Positions 1 to 12,379 of a stretch of DNA of 64,000 nt are shown here, piece after piece. A program made the translations under genes and the position numbers. Numbering within the stretch: the first letter of the stretch is position 1; each line of letters opens with the position of its first letter. Under the pieces are notes generated by a model, which did no database searches, was not told the DNA's origin, and worked only from the letters and a program-made list of their open reading frames with translations. This DNA is from Stegostoma tigrinum (lineage: Eukaryota). The stretch lies in NCBI RefSeq assembly GCF_030684315.1, contig NC_081363.1:47443540-47507539 (forward strand), in the 5' to 3' direction.

Positions 1-3
1 TAC

Positions 4-86
4 CACAAGGGCTAAAGAATATAAAGCACAATGGATAGGAGACCCTTCCATCAGTATGCTTATATCTGTAGCTGTAGACCACAAAT
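4..86 (-). CDS. GMFB: Glia maturation factor beta, exon 5 (83 nt; gene continues beyond window start)
   Basis: Reverse strand reads (R)[27 protein letters not shown](G), matching the GMF segment [29 protein letters not shown]. It is preceded by an AC intron terminus at 88-87 and followed by a GTA donor at 3-1. Confidence 0.95.
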
Positions 87-1399
87 GTGATTAGAGTTAA
101 GGAGTAAAAACAAGTTTCTTAGTTGCCATTACTTAAAATAAGCATTTAACCACACTAATGTATTGCATGAAAACATTTAATAATCAGGTATACTGATGCA
201 ACAGGGATCTGGCTGGCAATCTCATTTCTCACCTGCAGGACAGTTCTACAAGAAATCTACCCCAATGTTTTTGATTTTAAAAAAAAAGAGGAGGGGGCCA
301 AGGACAGTAATTAGTGGGATTCCTAGTCTGGAGACACAGGAAACCAATGGGAGTTTCAATATTGTACAGCTAACCCAAGACAGGGAGTACCTAGAAAACA
401 TTTCATTTCACATCTCCCTTTTTCAAATTCCTTCAACTACAGATACTCTGTCAATTTAGTTAGTTTGTTTTCAAACTTTGAAAATAAATACGAGTATAAG
501 CTTCCTGAGAAATTAGTCTACATTTAAATGGATGGTTAAAGATTTGTTAGCATAAAGTTTTATGAACATGATCATTACTTTGTGTCATACCATATTTTTA
601 TACAGCAAACAGAAAAGGTCGGTGACTGATTGATTGATGCTGAATTGAATATTTCACATTCAAGGATGAGGATGGAGGAGAGATTGAAACACCACAAAAG
701 TAATTCCTAGTTGGTACTTTGCGATTCCTACTTGAGAGAGGGCATATGACCATCAGGAAACTTAGTTATCAGTGTCAGGTCCAAAGTCACTTCCAAACTT
801 TAAGGTGAAAGGGACCAACAGTTGTGGTCCTTTCTTGTTCACTACAATGCAAGCTGCTGGGTACCCAACACAAGCAGGGCTGCAAGACAGCAAAGTGTGG
901 AGCTGGATGAACACAGCAGGCCAAGCAGCATCTCAGGAGCACAAAAGCTGACATTTCGGGCCTAGACCTGTCTCACTATTCCCAACTAAAGAATAAACTC
1001 ATAAGCCACTGATTCAGTAAAAAAACAAAGTGGCTTATTTTAAGAACCAATGAATAAGTAGACAGGAATGATAAAGTATTTTGTTCCAATTAGGATTCAT
1101 AATTGGATCAACAAAGGTTCTCTGTTAGAAGATCTGCTAGTTACACTGGAAACTAAATTGCATACTAAACTAAATCAGAATAATTTAGACTGACCAAGAT
1201 GTGTGTCTAGTAACAAATGGCTACTAAATATTTCCCTCCTTTCAGAGGGAGTCCACTTTAATTTCTACTCCAACATTTTTCAATCACAAAATCAAAAGAC
1301 AAATACTGAAGATATTCACAATTGTTATTTTAAACAAGAGTGATCTGGAAAGGTCAGACAAGAAAGATTTATTAAAATCTAAAAGCAAAAGAAGGATAT
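87..1399 (-). other. GMFB: U12-type AT-AC intron (GMFB intron 4)
   Basis: 5' splice site ATATCCTT at 1399-1392, branch point TCCTTAAC at 103-96, terminal AC at 88-87. Splicing joins AG|A to give the Arg of QPRF in frame. Confidence 0.95.
885..970. mobile_element. Truncated Penelope-like terminal-repeat fragment (family A)
   Basis: gtgtggagctggatgaacacagcaggccaagcagcatc...aaagctgacatttcgggcctagacc is shared with copies near 26540, 42470, 47955, 54390, 55000 and 62906. Confidence 0.7.
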
Positions 1400-1449
1400 C
1401 TGGGTTGATGTTCAGGGAGCTCATTCTTGAGTTCTTCTGGGGAAATATC
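1400..1449 (-). CDS. GMFB: GMFB exon 4 (50 nt)
   Basis: tttttag acceptor, then DISPEELKNELPEHQP(R), then the U12 donor ATATCCTT. Confidence 0.95.
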
Positions 1450-1645
1450 CTAAAAAGACAGTCAAACAGCATACTTTTTTTTCAATGAATTTGTTGGTCT
1501 ACTGTTAACCTACAATTAATTTTGACAATTTGAACACATTGAATTATTTTTCTGCCTCCCACTTATATACAGCTCTCATCTTCTCCCAACTTATGATATT
1601 GGTCTCCGAACCCTGCTAGAAACTTCGAGCACCTAAGTCAGACTC

Positions 1646-1970
1646 AACATAGAACAATACAGCACAGAACAGGCCCTTCAGCCTTCAATGTTGCGCCGAC
1701 TGTGAACTAATCTAAGCCCAACCCCCTACATTATCCCATCATCATCCATATGCTTCTCCAAGGACTGTTTAAATGCCCCTAATGTGGCTGAGTTAGCTAC
1801 CTTGGCAGGCAGGGCATTCAACACCCTTACCAGTCTCTGAATAAAGAATCTGCCTCTGACATCTGTCTTAAATCTATCACTCCTCAATTTGTAGCTATGC
1901 CCCTAGTACAAGCTGACGTCATCATCCTCGGAAAAAGACTCTCACTGTCCACCCTATCTAATCCTCTAAA
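1646..1970 (-). mobile_element. CR1-like LINE 3' end fragment
   Basis: Reverse strand resembles the CR1 ORF2 C-terminus (RGRFFIQRLVRVLNALP-like) plus 3' UTR, ending in an (aacatag) tail. Similar copy at 17005-17245. Confidence 0.75.
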
Positions 1971-2127
1971 AGAATCTCAATCCTGCCAAATCAAAGCCAC
2001 CACAGGACCACACGTGTTGTGGTGTCAGTAACATCTTTATATAGTGGTCAGTTTGTCCACCAGATCATACTAGACATCTTACATTTTAAACTAAGAACCA
2101 CCTGCCCCTAATTAATAAATGACTAAC

Positions 2128-2177
2128 CTCATACTCTTCATCCAGAATCACCATCTGTTGCTCCTGATCAATCTTCA
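2128..2177 (-). CDS. GMFB: GMFB exon 3 (50 nt)
   Basis: ttttgtcacag acceptor, (M)KIDQEQQMVILDEEYE, GTTAGT donor. Phases match exons 2 and 4. Confidence 0.95.
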
Positions 2178-4158
2178 CTGTGACAAAAAAAAGTGTTCTT
2201 AATTGTTTTTTAAAAAGTCAGTTATTTTGATTATTACAAATGTTCATTTGTCACAAGTTTAAACTTCCACTCGTTTTAATAAGTTTAGTGCTTCAAGCCT
2301 GTTGTTGGAAAGCTTTACCCTAGTAAACATATTTAAAAGCAGTTACTAAGATTTGTTGATATTATTACTCAAGTTGACATTTATGAATTATACCCATCTT
2401 CAGCCCTCCTGAAGCATTTCCAAAGAAAACAAGATATAATTCAACAACTTTTATATAGCACTTCACAAATGTCAGGAGGCACTTCACAGGAGCACTAGAA
2501 ACTAAAGTCTTGCACCAAGCCACAGCAGAAGACATCAGGTCAAAAGACTGGAAAAAAAATTATCAAGAATCTTTAAAAGAGAGACACAAAGGACAAGAGG
2601 AATTCCAGAGTCTGGGGCTAAGGCAACTGAAGGCACAACCACAAATGGTCAAATATGTATAAATCTGGAATGCTTAAGTGGCCGGTTGAGAGAACTTAGA
2701 ACATCTGATCTTTCAATGGAAGAAATTCTCTTGACCACAACCCACCAAAATTATTCAAATCCATGACTGAGTTTGTAGCCTCACCTCAAGCCTTTGTATT
2801 TTGTTATAGAAATGCCCAATTTTTTTCAAGAAGGCAGCACCAAATTAATTATTCCACCTTTTCTATTTTGTGTACTGTAGCGCTTCATTTTCTCCCGCAA
2901 CCGAGAACCAACTATAGCCTTTCAAAGGCATGTCACTGGACTAGCCACAGTAAACTGGGGACCATGAAGGCAAAGATTTCACAAAATTATAGATTCACAA
3001 ACAAGATTTAGAATAACAGGAAGGCTAGTCTGCTACCAGGTAATTTAGCCTTTTAAAAAATTTGCAATTTGAGACTCTTTCCAATAGCATGCAAGTGCCT
3101 GAGTGTTTTCCATAAAAGGCATGATCAGACAAAGATCTATTTCATTTTCAGGTAGTTAAAAGCTGGAGGGAAGAAAACCAAAACTGAAGGTGGTCACTGG
3201 ACCAAAAGCATGAATACTGTTTTCTGTTCACAGATGCTGCCAGACAGCAGAGTCTTTTTCCAGCTATTTCTGATTTTCAGCATCTGCAGTACTTTGAGTT
3301 TTTTGGAAAATAAAATTCCACCAATTAAAATCAAATTCTACATGCTGAAAAACAAATGGACCATATTTGAACATGATAGCAAATGTTAGAATAACAGCAT
3401 TCACTGTTACCTTAGCACAAGCAAGCTAGCAATTTTCAGCAAGTGTACAAGCACAATTAAACCAAATTTCAAAAAGTTGCTCCGGGAGATGTCATTCTCC
3501 TGCAAGTGGAGACATAAAAGCTGGCTTTCTCCAGTCGCGTGTACTGAACAGTGCTAGTTCATGTTAGAATGGTCAACAGACTAAACTTGACGTAAAGGCT
3601 TGAATCAACAAATCCTATGTTTTAAAAGTGACATTTATGGCCAAATTACTGCAAAACAACTAGCGTGGGAAGAAGAGTTATTTGTGGGAAGAAGAGTTAT
3701 TTTCTGCAAAGCACGACGTCTTTATTTCTTCAGCTTTTGACGATTGACAGTTTTTGGAAGACATTATTTGTACTATCCATGACTCTTACTTCTCTCCTTA
3801 AATGCAATCTTTTCCTCTCTACTTCACTTCTTGTACCTGATAATGATGTGGAATTTACTAGTCTGCCATTAGTGATCCTTCAAGTGGGTTCGTAAAGGAG
3901 CTACACAGTTGTTCCTTGTTCACATTAATCCCCTACATCTTGGCACTGTGCTTTTCAGTCGTCGTGCTCACTGCAGCTCGCCGTGCAAACTAAACCACCC
4001 CCACCAAGGCAAGGGGGAGGCTTTGTGCAACAGGCGGCTCTCAATCAACGGTGAGCGGCTCAGCTGGCCTTGGGCACTGTCGTGAGGGTGGGGTTCGTTA
4101 GCGCCGACATTTAAACACTGGACCGAACCGTTCGCCATCCTGAAGATGTTTCACTCAC

Positions 4159-4255
4159 TTATCAGGGCGGCATTCGTGGTTTCTTTGCGAAAGCGGAATT
4201 TTTTAAGCTTTTCCAGCAGCTGTTCGTCGACACCACACAAACTCACTGGACAACT
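4159..4255 (-). CDS. GMFB: GMFB exon 2 (97 nt)
   Basis: ctcag acceptor, SCPVSLCGVDEQLLEKLKKFRFRKETTNAALI+A, GTGAGT donor. Contains the GMF signature EKLxKFRFRKETxNAA. Confidence 0.95.
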
Positions 4256-4419
4256 CTGAGATTTGTTTTGGTGTGGTGGGGTGGGGGGGGAGGGGAGAAG
4301 AAAGGAGGGAAGGAAAGACGAAGACAGCCCATTTAAAACAACACAAAAAAAAGCTAGACTTTGTTCATGAAAATAAACCCTCCCCCCGGCTAACTATATA
4401 TAAATCACCGTGTTTTATA

Positions 4420-4800
4420 GACGGCGTCTCCGGGTTTTAACGCAGATTCCCCCCCCGAAATCAGAAACAACCCTCCCAACCAACTGAAGGAAACAACGGA
4501 GGAATGTTTAGGCCGCACCCCGCCGCCACCGGCCATCTCCCCGGTGATGGAGTTCTCCCCCACCCCGCCGCCGCTAACACTCGATCAGGTCCGCGCGCGC
4601 GCCTCCCTCACCATTCCCAATGATTCTCTTCCCAACACTTTTCCAAACGCGGCGGCTCCTGCTTTTTTTTCCCACCCCCTTGCGGCTCTACCCACGCTCG
4701 TGATCCGGGCGAGAACCAATCAGCCCCCGCCCTCCCCACTGACATCATCGGGAAGAGCACCGGGATCTGAGGGAGGCGTCGCTCAATCTCACCCACTCTG
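4420..4800 (-). promoter_or_regulatory. GMFB: GMFB CpG-rich promoter / 5' exon region
   Basis: High CpG density. CCAAT box near 4716-4720, GC box ccccgcc near 4724-4730 and CRE-like TGACATCA at 4740-4747, about 100-130 nt upstream of the ATG. Confidence 0.7.
4612..4614 (-). CDS. GMFB: GMFB exon 1 coding part (start codon only)
   Basis: Reverse strand gggaATG|gtgagg within a CpG-rich region. An ATG-only first coding exon gives a phase-0 join to exon 2, as in mammalian GMF genes. Confidence 0.85.
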
Positions 4801-5359
4801 TACCGCTGCCGTCCAGAGTCTTCAGACAGAAGCATTGGAGTTGTTGGGACATGCCCGAAATAGCTTGTAATTGTCTTCCAGAACAGCTTTGGGATTTCTT
4901 CTCCCCACCCCCTCCCCCCAAGGTGGATTCACACTGTGAAAGGTAATTGGATTACATGGATCGCTTAATCAGAGCACAAAGATTGGCCTTCTCTTCCTTT
5001 AAAGTCAAGCTGTTTTCAGAGATGTTATTGCATACCTTTGGAGTAGGTGGGGCTTGAACCCTGGCTCCCAGAGAGGGACACTCCCACTGCACCGCAAAAG
5101 CCCTTGGAGAAATTGAACACTTTTTAAGTTTGAATGTAAAATGAAAGAGTGCAGAAAAGACTGGTGAAGAGGTTTATCAAATGCTCACAATCATTGTGAA
5201 TGAGTCATCGGAACAATAGCACAGGATATTTTCATTAATATCGCCTCTAAACTCCAAAGGGATACAAGTGCAACCTGTCTAATGAGTGATGTAACTCTGA
5301 AATGCAGACTTTGTTCATCCTTAAGTAAGGTTACCAGATTTTGTGTCGCCAACACTGTA

Positions 5360-6770
5360 AGACCATACAGTGTGAGAATATAAGTTGGCCATTTGGCCCA
5401 TCAAGTCTGCTCCACCATTCAATGAGATCATGGCTGATCAGAAAATTTTCAAGTCTATTTTCCTGTTTTGTCTCCGTAACCAAGGATCTCTTTTTTGATT
5501 AAAAATCTATCTCAACCTTGAGTATGCTTAATGACCCTGCCTTTGAAGATTTGGATAGTTTTAGTAAGACTTAAAAATCATTTTATACTCTTTGAAATAA
5601 AGGCTGACATTGCATTTGTCTTCCCTATTACCTGCTGAATGTATACACAGATGTTTTGTGATTTATGCACAAAGATCCCAAATCCCTCTGTGCTGCAACT
5701 GCTGGAGTTTTTGTCCACCTATGTAATATTCAGCTCATCGGTTCTTCCTGCCAAAATGCATAACCACACATTTTCCCACATTATATTTCATTAGCCAAGG
5801 ATTTGCCACTCATTTATTTCAGCGACTCTTTGTGTCATCCTCCCCACTTGCCTTCTTAACTATTTTGTGTCATCCACAAACTTAGCTGTGATAAATTCAC
5901 TCCCTCATCTGAGTCATTGATATACTGTAAATATCTGTAGCTCCAGCACTGATCCCTGTGGTACTTGACTAGTAACAGGTTGCCTAGCTGCAAATTCCGC
6001 CCCCCCTTTCCACACTCTCCGTTTCTATTCGTTAGCCAATTCTCTATCCATGAGCTGTTATAATTAGCTTAATGTACAGTAACTTTATCGAATGTTTTTT
6101 GGAAATCCAAATATATTACATAGACTAAAAATTCTTTATCTATCCTGCTTGTTACCTCTTCAAAGAATTCTAATAAATTTGTCAGGCATGATTTCTCTTT
6201 AATGAAGCCTCTGCTTGATTATATTATGTATTTCTAAGTGGTCTGCTTTCTTTTTCCATCACAGGATGAGAGTGTCACTAGTTAGGTAGCATTTATTGCC
6301 CCTCCCATATTACCCAGAGGGTAGTTAAGAGTCAGCCACATTGCTGTGAGTCACATGTAGATCAGACAAGGTAAGAATGGCATTTTCCTTCCCTAAAGGA
6401 CATTGGCAAACCAGATGGGTTTTTCCTGACAATCAACAATGTCATCATTAGGTTCTTAATTCAAGATATTTAATTGAATTCAAATTCCACCATCTGCTGT
6501 GGCAGGATTTGAACCTAGTTCTCAGGAATGTTGTCTGGATTAACTATCCAGTGATAATACCATTAGGCCATCGCTTTGTAGTGGATGCTAGCGTTTTCAC
6601 AGTAATATATGTTAAGCTAACCAGTTTATAGTTATCTTTCTTTTGTCTCTTTCCCTTATTGTACAAGGGTGTTACATTGCAGTTTTCCAATCCTCCAGGA
6701 CTTCTCCAGAATCTAAGAATTCTTGACAGATTTCTACCAATGTATCCATTTTCTTTGTGGCTATTTCCTT
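5360..6770 (-). mobile_element. Decayed CR1-like LINE with nested SINE
   Basis: Reverse-strand RT remnants (NVTPLYNKG..NYKLVSLT, VPQGSVL-like), interrupted by a SINE at about 6250-6570. Confidence 0.7.
6250..6570 (-). mobile_element. tRNA-derived SINE sharing a LINE 3' tail
   Basis: Reverse complement is homologous to 40008-40340 and 34345-34645 (B-box GGTTCAAATCC, body atggtggaatttgaattcaat, tail ggcaataaatgct). Confidence 0.75.
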
Positions 6771-7697
6771 TAAAAGGAACACCTCGCACAACTGTAGCGT
6801 AACTTTCCTACTTTTAAATTGCATTGTGCTTCCCAGCTTGTGATGTACAACAACATCCAGATGCCTGTACTACAGAGTTCTACAGTCTCCCTCGATTTAA
6901 ATAACATACTGCTTTTTTTAATCTTCCTGAACTCATCCTCAACAAACAACCTGTCACAAGTGGATTTGTCAATTACAGTATCAATGGGAGTGACAACTAC
7001 ACAATGTTTGTGAAGACAAAGTCCAATCTCCACTCTGAGGATACCCTCCATATGTTGTGTGTCACTATCACCACTCTGAATGGGACTTTAAACAAATCCA
7101 GCAATTCAAACTGGCACATCAGGCTTTAGCAGTAACAGAAATATATTCAATCATTACCCTTATTGTTACTGTCCCGCCATGCCTTGTCCTTTCCTCTCAA
7201 TTAAACACATCTTTTCACATGTGATCTCTGGCCTTCTATTCAGTTTAAGACCTGTTAGAATACTGGTGAACACAGTCCCAGTAATGCAACTTCCACCTTT
7301 CCCCACACAGTGCCAGTAACCAATGAATTGACACCCATTTCGCCCCTATCAGTCTTTAAGCCAAGGATTTAACTCCGTCATTTTATACAGCCTTTATCAA
7401 TTTCCTAAGGGCTTAGGTGACAATCCAAAGATTATTATCTTTGAGGCTCTGCTTTATCATTTAAACCTAGCTGCTCATACACTCTAAGCATCACTCCTTT
7501 TCTCGTCCAAAGTGTCTCATTGGTATTTATGTGAACCACAACCACAGGAATCTCTTTCTCCCTCTGCAAGTTACTCCCCAGCACAAGCAGAAGTCCTGAA
7601 CACTAGCACTGGGTAGGCAACACACTTTTCAAGACTTTTGTCTCTGCTACAGGGAATTGTGTCTGTCTCTATGACTATACAATCTCCTATTGCCACT

Positions 7698-7880
7698 AGG
7701 AGATAGCAAGAACTGCAGAAGCTGGAGTCGGACTCAATACAATGTGGAGCTGGAGAAACACAGTGGGCCAGGCAGCATCAAAGGAGGAGGACTGATGAAG
7801 GTTGTGAACCCGAAACTTTCCTGCTCTTCTGATGCTGTCTGGCCCGCTGTATCCCTCCAGCTCCACACTGTATTGACTCC
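7698..7880. mobile_element. Palindromic Penelope-like repeat with hammerhead-like centre
   Basis: Inverted arms (gtggagctggag...cagcatca / tgatgctg...ctccagctccac) around CTGATGA-aggttgtgaaccc-GAAAC at 7792-7816. Confidence 0.65.
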
Positions 7881-8679
7881 TACTGTCACTGCCTTCTTAT
7901 TTAATCCCCCTGTTGTAATAGTTTTCTGTTCAGTGTCATAGTCAGTTGACTCATTCACACTGCAGCTCTTATCTCCATTCTCTGATTCTCCACCCCTGAA
8001 CATGATCCATACAAGCTGCAAAGAGCTGACTCGTTGGACAATTGCAAAGGCTGAAGCTCCTCAATTTCTATCTCTTGATTGCCATATGAAGCTAACTCAC
8101 AGTGACACCATCCTGTCCCTGACCATGAGCCAAACCAGAAGACCTTAGTGTAAGGAGTGTAATTACCTTCTGGAAGAAAGTATGCAGGTAATCAAGTCCC
8201 AAAGCTCAGATACCAGCTCAGTAACTCAGAGTTGAAAACTATAAAAATACCTCCTATTCTGACATTGTTATTGTGTTTAATTAATGAATTAATTAATAAT
8301 TTTCTTAATTAAATTTTAAAAAGTCCTCCTAGTCTTGTTTTCACTTATACTCACTTTATTTAAATTGCTGTTCTCTACGCCTGATTGAAAATCCCTTTAG
8401 ACATGTAGGAAATGTTCACCAATCAATCACCAATCTACTGTCCTGTGATTTCCCACCTCGACATTTTCATTCCCAGTACATATCCTGACTAATGGTGATA
8501 TTTCCTGCCCCAAAGCTTCACTATTTCCTCACTGGTTTAAGCTTCGAGGTGTCGCTGTTTTACACTCCAAAGCCCCAAATATGATAAATTTATCCTATCA
8601 ATGTAGCCTGTAACTAAATATTATAACTTTATAACTATAAAATGCTGTTGATTGGACCAGGAAATATTTGTATCGACTA

Positions 8680-9690
8680 TATTAGACCAAGCAGACCATT
8701 TTCACTGTTGAATGTAGATTACAAGATCTTGTCTAAAGTTATCCTCACTAGGTCAGGTCCGCTCTCGGACTGGTGATTCACCCCAACCTAACCTGTGCTG
8801 TACCAGACAGGAAGATATCTGAGAGCCTTGTGCTCCTCAGGGATACAATCACCTATGTGCAGAATGGGGACTGGACACCTGCCTCATCAGCCTGGACCAG
8901 GAGAAGGCCTTTCAGAAGATATTGCACATCTGCATGAGGGATGTGCTGTCCAATATGGGCTTTGGGGAGGGAATCCGCAATTTGATGAATGCCATACACT
9001 AATATCATTAATACAGCCTCAATCAATGGAGGGGAATCAGAAAGTTTCCAAAACAGATCTGGAGTCAGGCAGGGCTGCCCACTTTCTCCAGCTTGTCTGT
9101 ACGTTATATAGAGCCTTTTGCAGAGTCCATTGTGAAGGATACGAGTCTGAGAGACGTGACTATTCCAAGCAGCAGAGGACTGCAGATCAAAGCCTCGCTA
9201 TACATGGATGACATTGCCATTTTTTGCGCAGATCCACTATCAGTGCACAGGCTCCTGAGTGTCGGGAACTGGGCTGGCCAATCCTTTTTCCCTTTCACCA
9301 TCAGGACAGATTACTTGGAAGTGCTGGGAATATGATTCAGAGAGACTGGGACATGCCCCAGAACTTGGGAAAAGCGTGTTGCCAACATCAGGCAGAAACT
9401 AGGCAGATGGGAACATATCTCCCTCTCCATCGTGGGTAAAAATGTGATTATCATGTTGTATGTGGCATAGGTCTGGCATATTACATGAGCCTGCATCATT
9501 GCAGTCACCTAAACCATTTTCAACTTCATCTGGGAGACAAAGACAGACCGCATTTGCAGGGACATCATATACAAAGCTCTGGATAAGAAGGGAAAGACAT
9601 ACCCAAAGCTGCCTTCATCCACATGGCCACCTTTGTGTTTGGTTCCATCAACTGTGCGTAGACTTTCAGTTCACAAACACCAGCTTGATC
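8680..9690 (+). mobile_element. Tx1/L1-clade non-LTR retrotransposon RT remnant
   Basis: Frameshifted motifs ISLLNVDYKILSKVI, LDQEKAF, SGVRQGCPLSP and LYMDD, typical of L1/Tx1 reverse transcriptases. Confidence 0.75.
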
Positions 9691-9739
9691 CTAAACACCT
9701 GCTTTTGCCTTCAAATCCATGACTAATATGGGCAAGTAT

Positions 9740-11180
9740 CACATCTGTTTTCTTGACTACCTTACCTACCTGTCCTGCTACCATCAAGGATATATGGATT
9801 TGCACTCAAATATTCCTCTGATCCTTTGAAATTCCTAGGGTCCTACCATTCAACAAGTACTTCATTGCTTTGGCAGTTCTCCCAAAATGCATCACTTCAT
9901 CTTTTTCAGGATTAAATCCCATATGCCACTATTCATCCCATCTATGTCATCTTGTAGCCTGTTGCTTTCCTCCTATTTACCCCACTATCAAGTTTTGTGT
10001 CTGCTGTACACTTACTGATCATACCATCACAATTTGCTTGCTGGCACTAAGCCAATTTTGAAACCAATTTGTCAAATTGCCCTAGGTCCCAAAGGCTCTT
10101 AGCTTTTCGACCTGTCTGCCATATGAGACCTTGTCAGAAGCTTTACTGAAGTCCATGTAGACTGCATCATCTGCACTTCATGGATGCACCCAGTAACCTC
10201 CTTAAAAAATTATATTAAATTTGTTAGACATGTTCTCCACTTGACAAAACCATGCTAACTGCCTTGATTAATTCTTCTCTCTCCAGGTAGAGATTAAGTC
10301 TGTATTTAAGATTTTTTTTTCTAATCATTTCCCTACTGCTAATGGTAGACTCGCAGCACTATAGTTTCACATTTATCATCTTTCTTGAATGATGGCACCG
10401 CATTAATTTTCAAATTCGCTCCCTGGCCACTTGGGTTCTCTGCCACCCAAGTGGCCAGGGAGGGTATTTGAAAATTAGTGTCAGAGCCCCTGCAATCATC
10501 TCCCCTGCCTCCCACCGTAGCCTGTGATACATCTCATACGGGAAGATCCCCCAACACAGAGTGAAATAAACATGTATAACAAACTGAAGTGAAACAAATA
10601 ACTTGCATGCCAAAGCAGACAAGGTTACAAACGAAGTATGGAAAATGAGATTAGAATAATTAGGGGATTTATCCACTTTGAAGCCTGCTGAAACCACTAA
10701 TACCTCCTCCATCTCAATGTTAATCTGTTCAAGTATGTCACAGTCCCTCTCCCTGATTTCTGTACCTACATCGTCCTTCTTTATCATGAATATTTGTAAA
10801 AAGTTGAGGCTCCACCTCAAACTCTTGGGGGACTCCAATCATCACATTTTGCAAATCAAACAAAGACCATTTCGGCATACTTCATTGTTTTCTCCCAGCC
10901 CAACAGCCAGTCTTTTATCCATGGTAATCCCTTTACACAATGACCGATGATGTGACACCTTATCAAATGTCTCCTAGAAATCCAAGAACTGTACGCCTAT
11001 AAGCTCCCCCTTATCCACGACGTTACTAATTCAAAAACCCTAATAAATTGGGAAAACATGATAAAAACTATGTTGGCTCTTTCCAATTATTTTCAGTTTT
11101 ATTTCTAAGTGCCCTGCTATGTCCTCTTCAATGATTAAATTAAACTCTTCCCCACAATAGATATTGAGCTCGCTACATTC
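9740..11180 (-). mobile_element. CR1-like LINE fragments
   Basis: ORF 10410-10838 contains KVDKSP and EAGEMIAGALTLIF; nearby remnants of DFSKAFDKV. Confidence 0.7.
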
Positions 11181-11494
11181 TTGTAGCAATTGCATCATAG
11201 AGTACAAAAGCAAGCGAATTAAGATGAGCCTTTTACAAACTCTTGTTCAACAACAACTGGAGTGTTGTGTTCAATTCTAACACGGCATTTTAGGAAAGTT
11301 GTGATGCTTTTGGAGGGGATACAGAAAAAAAATCCAACTAGTTTCGGGACGAGAGACTTAAGTTACATGATAGATTGAAGAAGTTGGGCTTGAAGGGAAG
11401 TTTAAGAAGAGATTGAATAGAAGTGTTGAAAATCCCAAGATGTCTCTAGACAGAGTAGATTGAAGGAAATTGAACTCATTTGTGGAAGGGTTGA

Positions 11495-12215
11495 TTGTTG
11501 ATTTTATTTGATTTATTATTGTCACATGTACCTAGATCCAGTACCTAGTGAAAAGTTTTGTTTTGCATGCAGGCAAAACATAATATTCAAAGTGCACCAG
11601 GCTAATAGAGCAGAGCGAAGAACACAATGTTATAGTTGCAGAGATGTTGCACAAACAGCAAGATCAGCATTAAGATGCTGCTTGGTCTGCTGTGTTCATC
11701 CAGCTCCACATTTGGTTATCTAAGGCCAACATTAAATTCAGATTTTGAGAGATCCAGATCAGAAGTCTAATAACAACATGGAAGAAGCTGTTCTTGAATC
11801 TGTTGGTGCATGTGTTTAAGCTTTTGTATCTTCTGCCTTATGGAAGAGGATGAAAGAGATTATGACCAGGGTGGGAGGGGGTCTTTGATTATTTTGGTTG
11901 CCTTCCCAAGGCAGCAAGAATTATAGATGGAGACAGTAGATGGAAGGTTGGCTTGTGTGATTGACTTGGCTGTGTTCACAACTCTCTGTAGTTTCTTGGG
12001 GGGTGTGGGGAGATCAACTGCCATACAAAGTTGTGTTGCATCAGCATAGAATGCTTTCTATGGTACATCTATAAAAATTGGCAGGAGACTTTATGGACAT
12101 GTCAAATTTCGTGAGCATCCTCAGGAAGTAGAGGCATCCTTGTGCTTTCTTGACCATAGCAAAAATGTGAATGGACCAGGATAGATTGTTGGTGATCATA
12201 TTTCCTCGGAACTGG
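11495..12215 (-). mobile_element. Rex1-like LINE 3' fragment nested in a plus-strand CR1 3' end (about 11240-12410)
   Basis: Reverse complement is homologous to 36390-37157 (KKAQ..LYFLR..., RFKNSFF, aataaatcaa tail). A small Penelope-like piece is inserted at about 11673-11722. Confidence 0.65.
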
Positions 12216-12379
12216 AAAATAAGATGTTTAACGAAGGGTAGTCAACATTTTTTTTGCACAACTTGCAAGTCGAATGTGATTTAGGTAAAATTCGACAGGG
12301 CCTTGACTAAGTAGCTTATGGAAAAATATTGCAGAGCATGGGAGCGGGATTAGTTAAAGAGCTGTTGCAGTGAGCAGAC

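Noticed and set aside
4-4614. Calling the gene GMFG
   Set aside because: Some residues are GMFG-like, but adjacency to CGRRF1 and SAMD4A indicates the GMFB locus. The ambiguity is kept as a finding.
4544-4870. 108-aa plus-strand ORF and overlapping 75-aa minus-strand ORF
   Set aside because: These fall in GC-rich GMFB promoter sequence, have non-ATG starts and show no recognisable domain.
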